Below are positions 1 to 10,390 of a stretch of DNA of 64,000 nucleotides, in pieces. Made by a program: the position numbers and the translations under genes. The stretch's first letter is position 1, and the number at the start of each line of letters is the position of its first letter. The notes under the pieces were generated by a model. The model was not told the DNA's origin, did no database searches, and worked only from the letters and a program-made list of their open reading frames with translations. Source of the DNA: Nitrospirota bacterium (GTDB lineage Bacteria; Nitrospirota; UBA9217); NCBI GenBank assembly GCA_963737155.1, contig CAVTRN010000002.1, positions 160,001 to 224,000 of the forward strand, written 5' to 3'.

Positions 1-523
1 CAATACGCTTGCCAACATTATCAGTCTCATCGACAAAGAACCGAAGTCCGCAAAAAACATGTTGGAGCACCTGACCAGGTCGCTGCGACTTTCTCTTGAG
101 CGGTCGAGGGAGGACCTCTCAACCCTTAGACAAGAGGGCGATATGCTCAGAGACTATTTAAGCATCTTCAAAATGCGCTTGGGACCTCGATTGGATTTTA
201 CAATAGAAATTCCCCCTGGACTGCTAGACGTTCCTTTTCCACCCATGCTTTTGCAACCGCTTGTCGAAAACGCCATCAAACACGGAATCGAGCCGAAGGT
301 CGAGGGTGGCCGCATAGCGATCACGGTGGAAAAGTCGGATGGCATGCTGCGACTCTCCGTTTTTGATAACGGTCTCGGCTTTTCAAAGCCGATAAACGCT
401 CGAGGTCTGGGGCTCGAAAACGTGCAGGCCCGTCTGCGCGCGCTCTACAATACCAGCGCGAGCTTTGTGCTGGAAGAGAACATCCCCAGCGGCGCTACCG
501 CGACTATCGAGGTGCCATTATGA
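1..523 (+). CDS. LytS/YehU-family sensor histidine kinase, C-terminal part (5' end outside window)
   Basis: Frame is open from the window start (NTLANIISLID...). It has the LLQPLVENAIKHG N-box and DNGLG/GLGLENV G-boxes, and overlaps the start of a LytTR regulator. Confidence 0.92.
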   Translation, partial: NTLANIISLIDKEPKSAKNMLEHLTRSLRLSLERSREDLSTLRQEGDMLRDYLSIFKMRLGPRLDFTIEIPPGLLDVPFPPMLLQPLVENAIKHGIEPKVEGGRIAITVEKSDGMLRLSVFDNGLGFSKPINARGLGLENVQARLRALYNTSASFVLEENIPSGATATIEVPL

Positions 524-1275
524 ACATACGCGCGTTGGTTGCCGACGACGAACCGAAACTTGCGGAATATCTTGCGGGGCGACTGTCTGAACTGTGGCCA
601 GAACTCGAGCTCTGCGGCATCGCAGTCAACGGCAATGATGCCCTCTCAAAAATAAATAATGAGAAGCCGGACATAGCGTTTCTGGACATCAAGATGCCCG
701 GCCTATCAGGTCTGGAGGTCGCCAGAAAAATGACGTACTCAAGTCTTATCGTTTTTGTCACCGCCTATAACAAATATGCCACGGCTGCCTTTGAAGAAGA
801 AGCTGTCGATTACCTGCTGAAGCCGGTCAGCGATGACCGTCTCATGCGTACCATAGCGAGGGTAAAGAACCGCTTTGCCAGCAAGAGTGGGGCGCAGAAT
901 TTGGATTCGCTTCTGACGAAACTCACCCAGGCGATGGAAAAAAAGGACGCTTATATGCGCTACCTCCGCGCGTCTTCGGGCAAGGTCGTGCGTCTTATTT
1001 CCGTCGATGACGTCCTCTTCATTAATGCGCGGTCGAAATATACATTCGCGGTCACTAAAGATGGAGAGTTTCTGATGCGCATGTCACTCGCCGAACTGAT
1101 CAGACAACTTGATCCTGAAAGATTCTGGCAGATACATCGGTCCACGATTGTAAATGCCTCCAAGGTTGTTTCCATAAGGCAGACCGGACGTGAAACACAT
1201 GTATTGACCGTGAGAGATTACCAGGAACCTTTGATTGTAAGCAGGGCATTTGTTCATCAGTTCAAACATATGTGA
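520..1275 (+). CDS. LytTR-family response regulator
   Basis: REC domain (ADDE...FLDIKMP...TAY...YLLKP) followed by the LytTR signature FWQIHRSTIVN...VSR. Confidence 0.95.
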   Translation: MNIRALVADDEPKLAEYLAGRLSELWPELELCGIAVNGNDALSKINNEKPDIAFLDIKMPGLSGLEVARKMTYSSLIVFVTAYNKYATAAFEEEAVDYLLKPVSDDRLMRTIARVKNRFASKSGAQNLDSLLTKLTQAMEKKDAYMRYLRASSGKVVRLISVDDVLFINARSKYTFAVTKDGEFLMRMSLAELIRQLDPERFWQIHRSTIVNASKVVSIRQTGRETHVLTVRDYQEPLIVSRAFVHQFKHM

Positions 1276-1568
1276 CGCTGGCTGGTGCTGTAACAGCATC
1301 CTTCCTGTCTGATCACCCGTCGTCGTTCGTCTTCTCATATCTCATGTCAAGGGCCGAATTCAGCACTTCGTCGCAAGATAATTGCAACCACAACGATAGT
1401 TCACTACAATAGCCACAGGCTCATCCATAATCATTGTTCCATGCCTGCCGGTACTGGAAAACGGGAACTGCCTCTGTACAGGTGTCCCGAAGTTTTCAAT
1501 TTCAACGGCTTGTTAATACTTGTGAGCATTCTCCTCGGGATGTAAAGATTCTAGATCGGCTATAATCT

Positions 1569-1860
1569 ATGCCTTTGGAGGATGAGATCAATAACGCGAT
1601 TGGAGCCCACGGGACGCGGAAAAGAAGGCTTAAAAGCGCGGTCGATACGCGGGAAAAAGATGTCCAAATATGATAAAAGTGGACAACCAATGTAATTTGG
1701 GAAAATGACTTTATGGGTCTGCAATCACGACGAATGATAACAATTCGATCAGTATCAAAGAGCGCGAGAGGTGCATGCCGGTCTTCGTGAACAGGCGGCA
1801 ATGGTCGGTCAACTTGTCATTCCAGGCAGGAAAGACGATATGGAGAGACGTAGTGATTGA
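1569..1860 (+). pseudogene. Decayed CZB (chemoreceptor zinc-binding) domain gene
   Basis: Manual translation across frameshifts gives MPLEDEINNAIGAHG..KRRLKSA, then DNQCNLGK*LYG, then VHAGLREQAA, matching the CZB H...C.(F/L)GKW.Y...H motifs. The end coordinate is approximate. Confidence 0.6.
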
Positions 1861-2038
1861 TACATATCTCGATCTTTTAAAAGCACCGTTTCTTAGATTG
1901 CGTATTCCGGGAACAGAAAACGCAAAGCAAAGGAGTGGAATAAGCAGTCAGTACAAAGCCCTAAACAGAAGTAATGAGTATGGATGATAGTAGAAATTAT
2001 GTACATCTGTCACAACAGACATTATGGGAGGTAAACAA

Positions 2039-2614
2039 ATGAAGATTAAAAACAGCAAAGGCTTTACCCTTATCGAACTTCTTATCGTGGTGGCCATCAT
2101 TGCCATTTTGGCTGCCATCGCCATTCCGCAGTTTTCCCAGTATCGCATGAAAGGTTATAACGCCGCCGCATTGGCCGACCTTCGCAATGCCCGTACCTCG
2201 GAAGAAGCTTTCTATTCTGACTGGCAGGCGTATGTATCGACTGCCGGTAATGGCGCCGTTGGCATTGTGATCACCAACGCAACTGTTAGCACCATGGTTG
2301 CTAAAAATGCAATTAATGGTACAACGATTCCATCCTCTGCTACGTTCATAAATTTTGGCCTTTCCTCGAATGATTCTTTATTAATTAATGCAAATGGCTC
2401 GGGTGTTACTTATACCGGAGTTTCAGACAACACTTCGGGAAATCGCTGTTACGGTATGGATTCCACAACGACGTCTCTGTACTGGTCCCAAAATGCTACC
2501 GGCGCTGCTCTAGGCGGAGAAGTAAAGGTTGGCGACATAAGTGGAACCGCAACTACCAGTAACTTGGTTAATGCTCCTGGCGGAATTTGCACGACTGCCT
2601 GGGCAACATTGTAA
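2039..2614 (+). CDS. pilA: Type IVa major pilin (long form)
   Basis: Prepilin cleavage motif KG|FTLIELLIVVAIIAILAAIAIPQF, GGAGG RBS before the ATG at 2039, and a C-terminal Cys pair. Confidence 0.92.
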   Translation: MKIKNSKGFTLIELLIVVAIIAILAAIAIPQFSQYRMKGYNAAALADLRNARTSEEAFYSDWQAYVSTAGNGAVGIVITNATVSTMVAKNAINGTTIPSSATFINFGLSSNDSLLINANGSGVTYTGVSDNTSGNRCYGMDSTTTSLYWSQNATGAALGGEVKVGDISGTATTSNLVNAPGGICTTAWATL

Positions 2615-2646
2615 TCAGTTTAATAGCAATAGTATCAACATAAAAT

Positions 2647-2680
2647 ACATACAGGCCGGGGGATACCCCGGCCTGTATGT
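2647..2680 (+). terminator. Intrinsic terminator after the pilin gene
   Basis: Perfect 15-bp stem ACATACAGGCCGGGG-gata-CCCCGGCCTGTATGT followed by T residues. Confidence 0.75.
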
Positions 2681-2944
2681 TTATGGAAACACCATTACGG
2701 TAGTCACCAGACATGGGGAAAATGCGGTGAGAGCGGGCCTTAAATGAGCCAAATGCCCTTATCAGATATTCCAGATGGCGCAGGCCGCGCAAAATGGACA
2801 TGGCAAGGATCGTCAAAGGAGATTTCTACGGCACCTGACCATAATGGGCCCGGTCCTTCCACGTGAAAGATAAGAAGAACTGCACCCGCCGTCGCCGATA
2901 ACCGTTATGCAAAAGAAACGGCAAGACTGTTATTCAGTTCAACA

Positions 2945-3820
2945 ATGAAAATTATACGAATAAAGACAATCCTCGAATTTCCTGACCTCCCCAAACCATT
3001 TCTTACTTTTATTGGATTTCTCCTCGTATTGGCAATTGGCGTTCTTGAATCCATTACAAGCCATAATATTTTCTTTTCACTTGTCTATCTTTTCCCCATC
3101 ATCCTGATAGCCTGGTATGACGGAGGAGTGCTTGTTGCAATAATATCAATTTTTAGCGTGATCAACTCGTCCGTATCTGATCTGGTATTTGGACACGTTA
3201 CTTCCCATTCAGCCACTCCCCTTTGGAACGCCATAACGATGCTAGGCATCTTTTTAATTGTTGGATATGCAATTACAATGCTCAAGAAATTATTAATAAA
3301 AGAACGCGGACAAGCCCACGACGATGATTTGGCGAGCATAGCGAACATCAGTTTCTTTTATGAGCAGGCACGTGTTGAAATCAGCAGATTGGCTAAATAC
3401 AAACGGACTTTAACTCTGGTTTATCTCAGTGTTGATAATTTAAGCGGTGTAAATGAAATCTACGGCATTATGGCTGGCAATTATATCCTCCATAAGTTGG
3501 CACAAACAATAAAGTCAACGTTACAGTCAACGGCTCTTATTGCAAGACTTGGAGAAGCCGAAATCGCTATTCTTATGCCGGAAACAGAGAATGAGAATGA
3601 CACCGCTATTATTCACAAAGTTCAGGAGCGTCTTTTGGAAATGGTAAAAAAGCATGGCTGGCCGGTAACGTTCAGTACCGGTGTTGTTACCTGCGCCGCC
3701 CCGACATACACGATAGATGCATTGATGGACATGGCCAAATATCTTATGGAGTCTGCCAAAAAAACCGGTAAAAATATCGTGAAATTTAAAGTATTGGACT
3801 TGTCATCAAACCACTCCTAA
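2945..3820 (+). CDS. Membrane-anchored degenerate GGDEF-domain protein
   Basis: About 4 TM helices, then a GGDEF-like fold (VDNLSGVNEIYG...IARLGEAEIAIL...AKKTGKN). The catalytic motif reads GEAEI. Confidence 0.8.
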   Translation: MKIIRIKTILEFPDLPKPFLTFIGFLLVLAIGVLESITSHNIFFSLVYLFPIILIAWYDGGVLVAIISIFSVINSSVSDLVFGHVTSHSATPLWNAITMLGIFLIVGYAITMLKKLLIKERGQAHDDDLASIANISFFYEQARVEISRLAKYKRTLTLVYLSVDNLSGVNEIYGIMAGNYILHKLAQTIKSTLQSTALIARLGEAEIAILMPETENENDTAIIHKVQERLLEMVKKHGWPVTFSTGVVTCAAPTYTIDALMDMAKYLMESAKKTGKNIVKFKVLDLSSNHS

Positions 3821-4118
3821 CAGACCCGGTTGTCTGATGGATGTCCGCCCACGAGTATTGTACCGCGGAGCGGCTTACTTGAACCCGACTATTTTGGTTG
3901 TTATCAACAATCAGAACTACTCACTTGTCGGTGGCGATGCGATAGACATGATTTTAGATGACGTGTTGAATTGCGGTTGACGCATGTGGCGCAGTCTCCT
4001 ATATGCTCTTTGCGGTATCTGGTCTTTCGAAACATCCGTATCTCAAATCGAAAGCGGCACTAATTCTATAGACAAGAGTTCCCATCACGAGTATTCTGGG
4101 GGCTGAGAGGAGTGAGCG

Positions 4119-4904
4119 ATGGCTGAAGCCCTCAAGAAAAAGATGGCGTTGAAATCAGGTGACCGGGAGAAGCGTTTCCTTGTCGTCGTCGATGGAGACT
4201 ACGCATATCTGTATTATATGAGCATCCTGCTGCAACGGCTCGAATACAATATCTACACAGTAAAAACCGCCGAAGACGCACTGGATGTTATGGGCATTGT
4301 CCAGCCTGCGCTTATCTTGACGGAAATATCCCTTGGCGGGATGGACGGTGTCCAACTTCTGAAAAAGATGAAACGCCATCCGCAGGCTTTTCCCGTGCCG
4401 GTCATTGTGCTTACCTCGTCAAACGACCAGGCCGTCAAAGCCACCTGTCTGCAGGAGGGGTGTGCCGCCTACCTGCAAAAGCCGGTGGAACCCGACGTGC
4501 TGTACGCGGCAATACAGAAAGCGACGGAATCGCAACCTCGGCAGTATATCCGGCTGCATACTTCGTTGAACGTCATCGTGGGAGACGACAAAGCCGGGCA
4601 ATATGCCGGGAGAGGAGATTACATCACTGCCCTGTCGGAACACGGGATGTTTATTAGTACGTTAAAACCCGCGCCAAGCGGGATCCAGATACCCGCTGTG
4701 ATATTACTTGAAGACTCGAAAATCAGAGTCGAGGGAGTGGTGCTCTATAGTTTCCAGCGTGATAAAAGCCCGATGAAAACCCCTGGCATGGGTATAGAAT
4801 TCGTCAGCATCAGCCGCAAAGACCAGAACGCGATCAAAAACTATATCAAACGCGAGATTACGAAAGGAATCCCCACGACGCGTGTGGGTGGCACGCTCTT
4901 TTAA
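4119..4904 (+). CDS. Response-regulator receiver plus PilZ domain protein
   Basis: REC fold (VVDGD...LTS...YLQKP) followed by PilZ features RQYIR...LSEHG...GMGIEF. Confidence 0.85.
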   Translation: MAEALKKKMALKSGDREKRFLVVVDGDYAYLYYMSILLQRLEYNIYTVKTAEDALDVMGIVQPALILTEISLGGMDGVQLLKKMKRHPQAFPVPVIVLTSSNDQAVKATCLQEGCAAYLQKPVEPDVLYAAIQKATESQPRQYIRLHTSLNVIVGDDKAGQYAGRGDYITALSEHGMFISTLKPAPSGIQIPAVILLEDSKIRVEGVVLYSFQRDKSPMKTPGMGIEFVSISRKDQNAIKNYIKREITKGIPTTRVGGTLF

Positions 4905-5516
4905 GCGCATAGGGGATGACGTCATCACGCGATTCCAAAGGTTCGTATGCCTCATGTAAATATCAGAACATGCAGCCAAACTTCATCTAATTTAATTCAA
5001 AGAGCTGCCTGGTATATGCCAGTTAATGAAAAATGGTCTTGAACCTTTCTGGCGTGCTCTGAGAGAAATTGGGGCTATCACCCATTTTTATAACACCGAT
5101 CCATCGGCGCTTTCTTACCGCCGGCGTAGTTCAGAAAGCGCATAATGTACTTTTTGATATCCTTGGTATCAAAGGGGAATGTAGTAAAGCACTGGATCAA
5201 ACGGAAAACAAATGCAATTTCCAACCCTCCTCGGATTCGGGTAAACTAACTCACGCGGTTCATCATGAGGCTGGGCTGGCGCTACGCAATAACGGATCAT
5301 CGGCTGACGCATGCATGAGCACGACAGCTTCCTTTGCATTTCGATTCGGCTTTTTCCTTGTAGCTGCCATTCTTTACAACATCCACTGTTGCATCTCGAA
5401 AACACAGTAAGGGCATTTTTACTAATTGGGTCGAAAGACGAGGGAACTCTAGTCAAACCAGAGTCGGGAAAATTCTTACCGCTGTTATCGGATCTGGCCT
5501 GGAGAGGGAGGGCCGC

Positions 5517-6212
5517 ATGACTGCACTGTTCGGTGTCCCACTCTTTTACGTCTATTTCATTTATGGCGTAAGTTTTCTTGTAATGGCAGGTCTTATTATC
5601 AGGGGAATTAGGACGGCGACCTCGTTCACGCTGGTATCGTCATTCAAGATGCTGGCCGCTTTCGGTTTCACGCACGGAATAACCGAGATGGTCGACTGGG
5701 TGAGGTTCATCAGAAGAACGCTCGGTCAATCGGAAAGCATCGGGCTGCTCTATGCGTCACAGATTTTTCTGGTCCTTTCTTTTGTACTGCTGCTACAGTT
5801 TGGATTCAATGTACTGACCTACAAAAACTCCCAAAAGAAAGGCTTCAGGGCAATTCCGACTATCCTGTTTGGTGTTTTTCTTGCCGTCGTGTATTTATTC
5901 AAAATTTCCGATATCAGTCAGGCCGGTCTGATTGCTCGACGCAGCTTTGGCTTCGCGGGATCAATACTCAGCGCTATTGTCCTTTTCCGATTGAGCAACA
6001 CCATGAAGCCGCTGGGCAATAAGAAATTGAATGGAGGTCTCATTGTGTCGGCGATGGGGTTGGCCGCTTATGCTATTTGCGGGGGGGTGATCGTAACCCC
6101 GGTCTTTGGCCTTCCAATCCAGTTGTTCAGGACGGCCTGCGCATTCGTGATTGCAGTCGCCTCTGCATCCATATTGGACATATTCAAGGTAAATCGGAGT
6201 ATCGAATTGTGA
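5517..6212 (+). CDS. Multi-pass membrane protein resembling a stand-alone kinase sensor module
   Basis: About 7 hydrophobic segments, with YFIYG..F..M and LAAFGFTHG..E..DW motifs typical of the N-terminal membrane domain of some histidine kinases. GGAGAGGGAGG RBS. Confidence 0.7.
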   Translation: MTALFGVPLFYVYFIYGVSFLVMAGLIIRGIRTATSFTLVSSFKMLAAFGFTHGITEMVDWVRFIRRTLGQSESIGLLYASQIFLVLSFVLLLQFGFNVLTYKNSQKKGFRAIPTILFGVFLAVVYLFKISDISQAGLIARRSFGFAGSILSAIVLFRLSNTMKPLGNKKLNGGLIVSAMGLAAYAICGGVIVTPVFGLPIQLFRTACAFVIAVASASILDIFKVNRSIEL

Positions 6213-6781
6213 ACCTTACCGTAACCGTTATCAAAGCGGACAGCGGGTCAGTGGGCGGACACATTATGACCTTGATCGTAGCACCCCACGTTTGCGCGAA
6301 AGTGCGCGCTTTCCCCCCATTCCTGGTAAATGCCAATCGATGTGGGACCGTGGCATCCTATGCAGGCTTTACTTTCGCTTGATAATTCTTTCGGGAGACT
6401 GCTCGTTGTCAATCCATGCGCCTAAATGCAATTAGGAACGATAAAAAAACACCGTTGCGAAGACTGCTGCAGATCTTTTGTCTAACATTTACCCTCCTCC
6501 GGCCTTTATGAAATTTGACGAAGCAGACATCAAATATAACACAGAACTATACCAGATTATTTTGCGTGCTGTTAAAGTATGTAAATTTTTTATAAATTTC
6601 AGATATGCACATTTCTTCGATATTGTAAAACTTCGAAAAATATTGCGTAATAATCCGGAGAGGCGGCTTGAAATCAACCTTCTTCAAAGACCTTTTGGAC
6701 TATATAAAAGTGATTTTAAGGCATCTAGGAGTTTCATGAAAGGTCTATAAGGAAGAGTTTAGGTTGGGTTTATAAAAAGCG

Positions 6782-6801
6782 CCACGGGCATTAGCCCGTG
6801 G
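6782..6801 (-). terminator. Hairpin: terminator for the HiPIP gene or a REP/IS200-type palindrome
   Basis: CCACGGGC-atta-GCCCGTGG, with a T run following on the minus strand. Confidence 0.5.
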
Positions 6802-6903
6802 GTTTCCAGGCAAAAACCTTTCACGCATGCCCTTCCCGCAAACGACCGGCTCGGGAATGATACGCTTGAAGCATACATGTAGTAGTAATTACAAAACGCT
6901 GCA

Positions 6904-7236
6904 CTACGATTTTTTGGAATACGAAGTACACCAGCCCTGTGGGCCGATTGAACCCTCCACCACCTGACATGTTCCGTCTGCCGTGGACGTCTTGCCGGCG
7001 ATAAAGAAGCTGCAATTGCTGCACATCTGCTCGCCTTTGGGCTTGTCTTGGTACTTCATGGCAGCTTTGGTTGCCTTCACTTGTGCCTCGGCAGTCAATG
7101 GCGACGTAAGTGCGACACCCGCTAACGCGACACCCGTTATTCCTATAGCGCCCTTAAGCAGGGTACGGCGAGAAATTTCTTTATCCAGAAATCCTTTCAC
7201 TTTTGCACCCTCCTTTCTTGATCTATACATAGTCAT
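6904..7236 (-). CDS. High-potential iron-sulfur protein (HiPIP), Tat-exported
   Basis: Tat motif SRRTLLKG and the HiPIP pattern YQDKPKG..C-x2-C..F...C.VV.G.I...GWC. Confidence 0.92.
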   Translation of the reverse strand: MTMYRSRKEGAKVKGFLDKEISRRTLLKGAIGITGVALAGVALTSPLTAEAQVKATKAAMKYQDKPKGEQMCSNCSFFIAGKTSTADGTCQVVEGSIGPQGWCTSYSKKS

Positions 7237-7502
7237 TTACCTCCTTCTGCTCCTTACTTCTTCCTAGCCTGAATGCTTAGGTTGTTCGAGCCTTCCAGGC
7301 TCGATGGTTGCGCTCTCAATAACGCCGCCTTCAATATTGACCTTGTCTCCGACCTTTGTGTTCTTTATGTCTTCATGCTGGTTGAACCTCCCTTTTAAAT
7401 AGTCATATAAAACAGGTGCCCTCTCTCGCTGTGAGAGAGATCGCAGGGGCACGCGCTAGCTTAATACACGATACCGCAAGTTTCAGAATGTCGGAAGGAT
7501 CG

Positions 7503-8122
7503 TCAGTACCTGAAGCCGAGGTTAATTGTTGCGGTAAATCCGTTCAGCTCGACAGGCTCACCTCCAAATTCCGGCTTAGCCCATATGTATCTCCCCTCTG
7601 CTCCCAAGAAAAATGTATCCGTGAGGTTAAAGTTCAACCCAGCCCCTAAATTATCCCCGTACGTAACTTTTGATGTACCGCGGAAGTTTCCGAGATTGCC
7701 GCTTACGTCCATATCCGTGAAGTAAGCACCGATTCCAGCTTCGCCGTAGGATTCAGGCCGAGCAGGAGATAAAGCTTGGCGCTTGCGAGCACCGGGACGG
7801 CCCTGAGCGTAGTATACTTCCTGGCTCTACAGCTGGTGAACTCTTGCTCTCAAAAATTACCCGATTCCCAGTTCAATGCCGAATATGGGTACGAAGTAAT
7901 GTCCGAACACGATCTCTCCGTTGAAACCTGTTGTGGTGTCCAAAGTGCTGCCGCCATTGAAATTGTTAAGGTCGTAAGACTCGCTGGGTGAATAAACTCC
8001 TCCCTTGATTACAGTGTAGTTAGAAAGTGTTGCCGATGCTTGCTCGGCGGGGGAGCGTGTGTGAATGCAATACCGACTAGAAGTGCGGCTAGAACCATGG
8101 AAAGAGCAAACTTACGTTTCAT
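7503..8122 (-). pseudogene. Outer-membrane beta-barrel (OmpA/OmpW-like) pseudogene
   Basis: Signal peptide MKRKFALSMVLAALLVG, then frameshifted segments IKGGVYSP...GHYF...IELGIG* and YGEAGIGAYFTD, ending in a barrel C-terminus ...GAEGRYIW...NLGFRY. Confidence 0.7.
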
Positions 8123-8424
8123 GATTATTTCTCCTTCACATATTTTACCCAGCGCTTTTCTTAAAAAATATCTAGAAGTATCCCTTGTCTCAGAAAGCCA
8201 TAATTGGCCACGAAAATGGCAGGGTTCTTTTCCAAAACCTTGATGGTGGGAAGAACAAATAATCACATATATTAACGAATATATCAGTACTCATACCTTT
8301 GTCAATAAGACCATAGTACTGAAAATACATTTCTTCAAAAAAGCCAGAACGTGTGATTAGAAGGACACCAGAGTAGTGTTATATAATAGGTGGAGGTATC
8401 AATAATGAAAGAGTTTGTTGTCTA

Positions 8425-8880
8425 CTATTTGCATTCGACCTCAGTCTGCGATTCCATTATGCACTTGAGGTTCCTGAGGTCGTCTTTCATTTGCATGTCG
8501 GTTATGCGCTCAAGAATTTCGTTCTCCAGGAACGAGTCATGCCCAACCGGTGGATTATAGCGGAGTTCTACAGTAGCTTCGGTGGCATCGCTTCCCTCCT
8601 TTTTTTCAAGGCTCAGGGATCCGCTGTTGTTAAAGCGTGAATCCGGCATCGAACGCCACCGTATTATCTCGTTTTCCTTATCCTCGATAATTTCCGAATC
8701 CCAGCTTAGATGTCCCACAGGTGTCTTGATGGTCCAGCGGTTATGCCCTTCCCCCAAGTCTTCTACGGAGTCAAGGTGGGTGATGAAACGTGGAAGATTC
8801 TCCAATTTCCGCCAAAACTTGTAGATGTCGTCGGCCTTACGGTTTATGGTGATGTTTTCCTTGACGTGTATTTCCGGCAT
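8425..8880 (-). CDS. SRPBCC/START-like (polyketide cyclase family) protein
   Basis: ITINR...YKFWRKLENLPRF..HL.SV...W...I.WRS...DL..LK..ME pattern. Confidence 0.88.
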   Translation of the reverse strand: MPEIHVKENITINRKADDIYKFWRKLENLPRFITHLDSVEDLGEGHNRWTIKTPVGHLSWDSEIIEDKENEIIRWRSMPDSRFNNSGSLSLEKKEGSDATEATVELRYNPPVGHDSFLENEILERITDMQMKDDLRNLKCIMESQTEVECK

Positions 8881-8924
8881 AAAGTTCGAGTTCAGACATT
8901 TTCCAACCGATTCGCGTCTACACT

Positions 8925-9170
8925 CTAGTGCGCAGGACCCGTCACTGTGTATACTGCAAAGGGTGTTTGATTTGCCACGGGTCCACTAGAGGACATTGGT
9001 CCACTATAGGGCACAACGGGCAATGGCGAGAGTGTGCCCACAATTTGTACTTGCGTAACGGGAGGTTGGGCATGAGCCCTTGTAATGAAGGGAATATCTC
9101 TCATACAAATCCACACAAGGCATCCAGCAATAATCGTCAAAATCAGTTTTGTGTACATATCGGCTTTCAT
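8925..9170 (-). CDS. Small hypothetical exported/membrane protein
   Basis: MKADMYTKLILTIIA N-terminal hydrophobic helix with an AHA cleavage-like site. AAAGGGGG RBS. Confidence 0.65.
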   Translation of the reverse strand: MKADMYTKLILTIIAGCLVWICMRDIPFITRAHAQPPVTQVQIVGTLSPLPVVPYSGPMSSSGPVANQTPFAVYTVTGPAH

Positions 9171-9506
9171 AGAACCCCCTTTTTAACGTGCACGTAATGT
9201 CAAACTGTTAAGCAGAGAAAACAGAGGACATCTTTAATTCAGTGAGCGAATCAGTCACTGCCATTTTCCCCCTGTATGTCTTCCTTATTACCAGCGCTTC
9301 CGATCGTTCTCTTAATGAGTCAACTGCGAAAGTACAGACTATCTTATTGAGAAATCAGGCGCGGAATTTAACGGGCATTACTCCGCGCCCGCCTTGCTTT
9401 CATAATTGCCTCTCCGGCTTTCATGAAATTTTTGACAGTCTTCCTTGAAATCCCGCATACCGTGTGAGTGGCGGCATGCGTGGGAGATACTATACTAAAA
9501 AGCATT

Positions 9507-10070
9507 CTACATCGGACTTATCGGTGTAAATTTGGCACCTTGTATAGAGACTCCCGCCATCAAACCCTTCTGATCAAAGACAAACCCCACAACAGGATGT
9601 TGGCTTCTGAGGGTCGCAATGGAAGCATTAGCCCCCACTTTAATAAGTGTCACTTCGGCATCCACGCCTGCCTCCCAGCCGTCAGCTTCGCGGAATTTTT
9701 TCAGTGCTTTGTTGGTCATGAAAATAATGACCACGTCGTACTGCTCGGCGCCGATCTGATAGCCTAGTGAGCCCGATATGAGGTTATAGTACCGGACATT
9801 TATACCATCGACTTGAAGGGCTCCTTGGCCGTACTGCCCGCCGACGATGAAACCAGCTTTGGTGACGTGTGGCATGACCAGCACGCCCTTTGCCGCGCGT
9901 AGATATGCGGAGCCTCCTCTGATATCGTGGCGGAATCGGGATAGAGTAGCTGTAACGCCTGCGTTAATCTCAGCCTTTGTCAACGCGCTCGCAACAGTAT
10001 CAGTGATGAAAAATGCTGCCGTGACCAGGAGCATTGAGACAAGAATTCTTAGCCTCGAATGAATATTCAT
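9507..10070 (-). CDS. Ysc84/SYLF lipid-binding domain protein
   Basis: AKGVLVMP.V.KAGFIVGGQYG.G...SLGYQIGAE...GLMAGVSIQG motifs, signal peptide, AAGGAGG RBS. Confidence 0.9.
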   Translation of the reverse strand: MNIHSRLRILVSMLLVTAAFFITDTVASALTKAEINAGVTATLSRFRHDIRGGSAYLRAAKGVLVMPHVTKAGFIVGGQYGQGALQVDGINVRYYNLISGSLGYQIGAEQYDVVIIFMTNKALKKFREADGWEAGVDAEVTLIKVGANASIATLRSQHPVVGFVFDQKGLMAGVSIQGAKFTPISPM

Positions 10071-10390
10071 GATGCTGACCTCCTTTTCGCAATACCATCT
10101 TCCTTCTCGGTTTCCCTGTATGCAGAAGGAAGAGGATACACCCTCTTCTGCTCTCAACAGGTCATAATAATAATATACCTCATATTTCGTTATAATTGAT
10201 TGGAGCTAAGGGTTCGTACCAGGTAGCACAGGTAGCACAAAGTATGTAAAGAGATACTAGATTGTGCGAGATTTGCGTTTTGAAACAGTATAGGATGAAA
10301 GTATCATTACTAGAGTTATAATTGAAAAGTGTGAAAATCTGATAAAGTAATATTTGGATCTTTATTATTATCAGAAGTGGATCCGCTTAA

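Noticed and set aside
5069-5520. Overlapping short Cys-containing ORFs
   Set aside because: No RBS or recognisable motif in any frame; likely decayed sequence.
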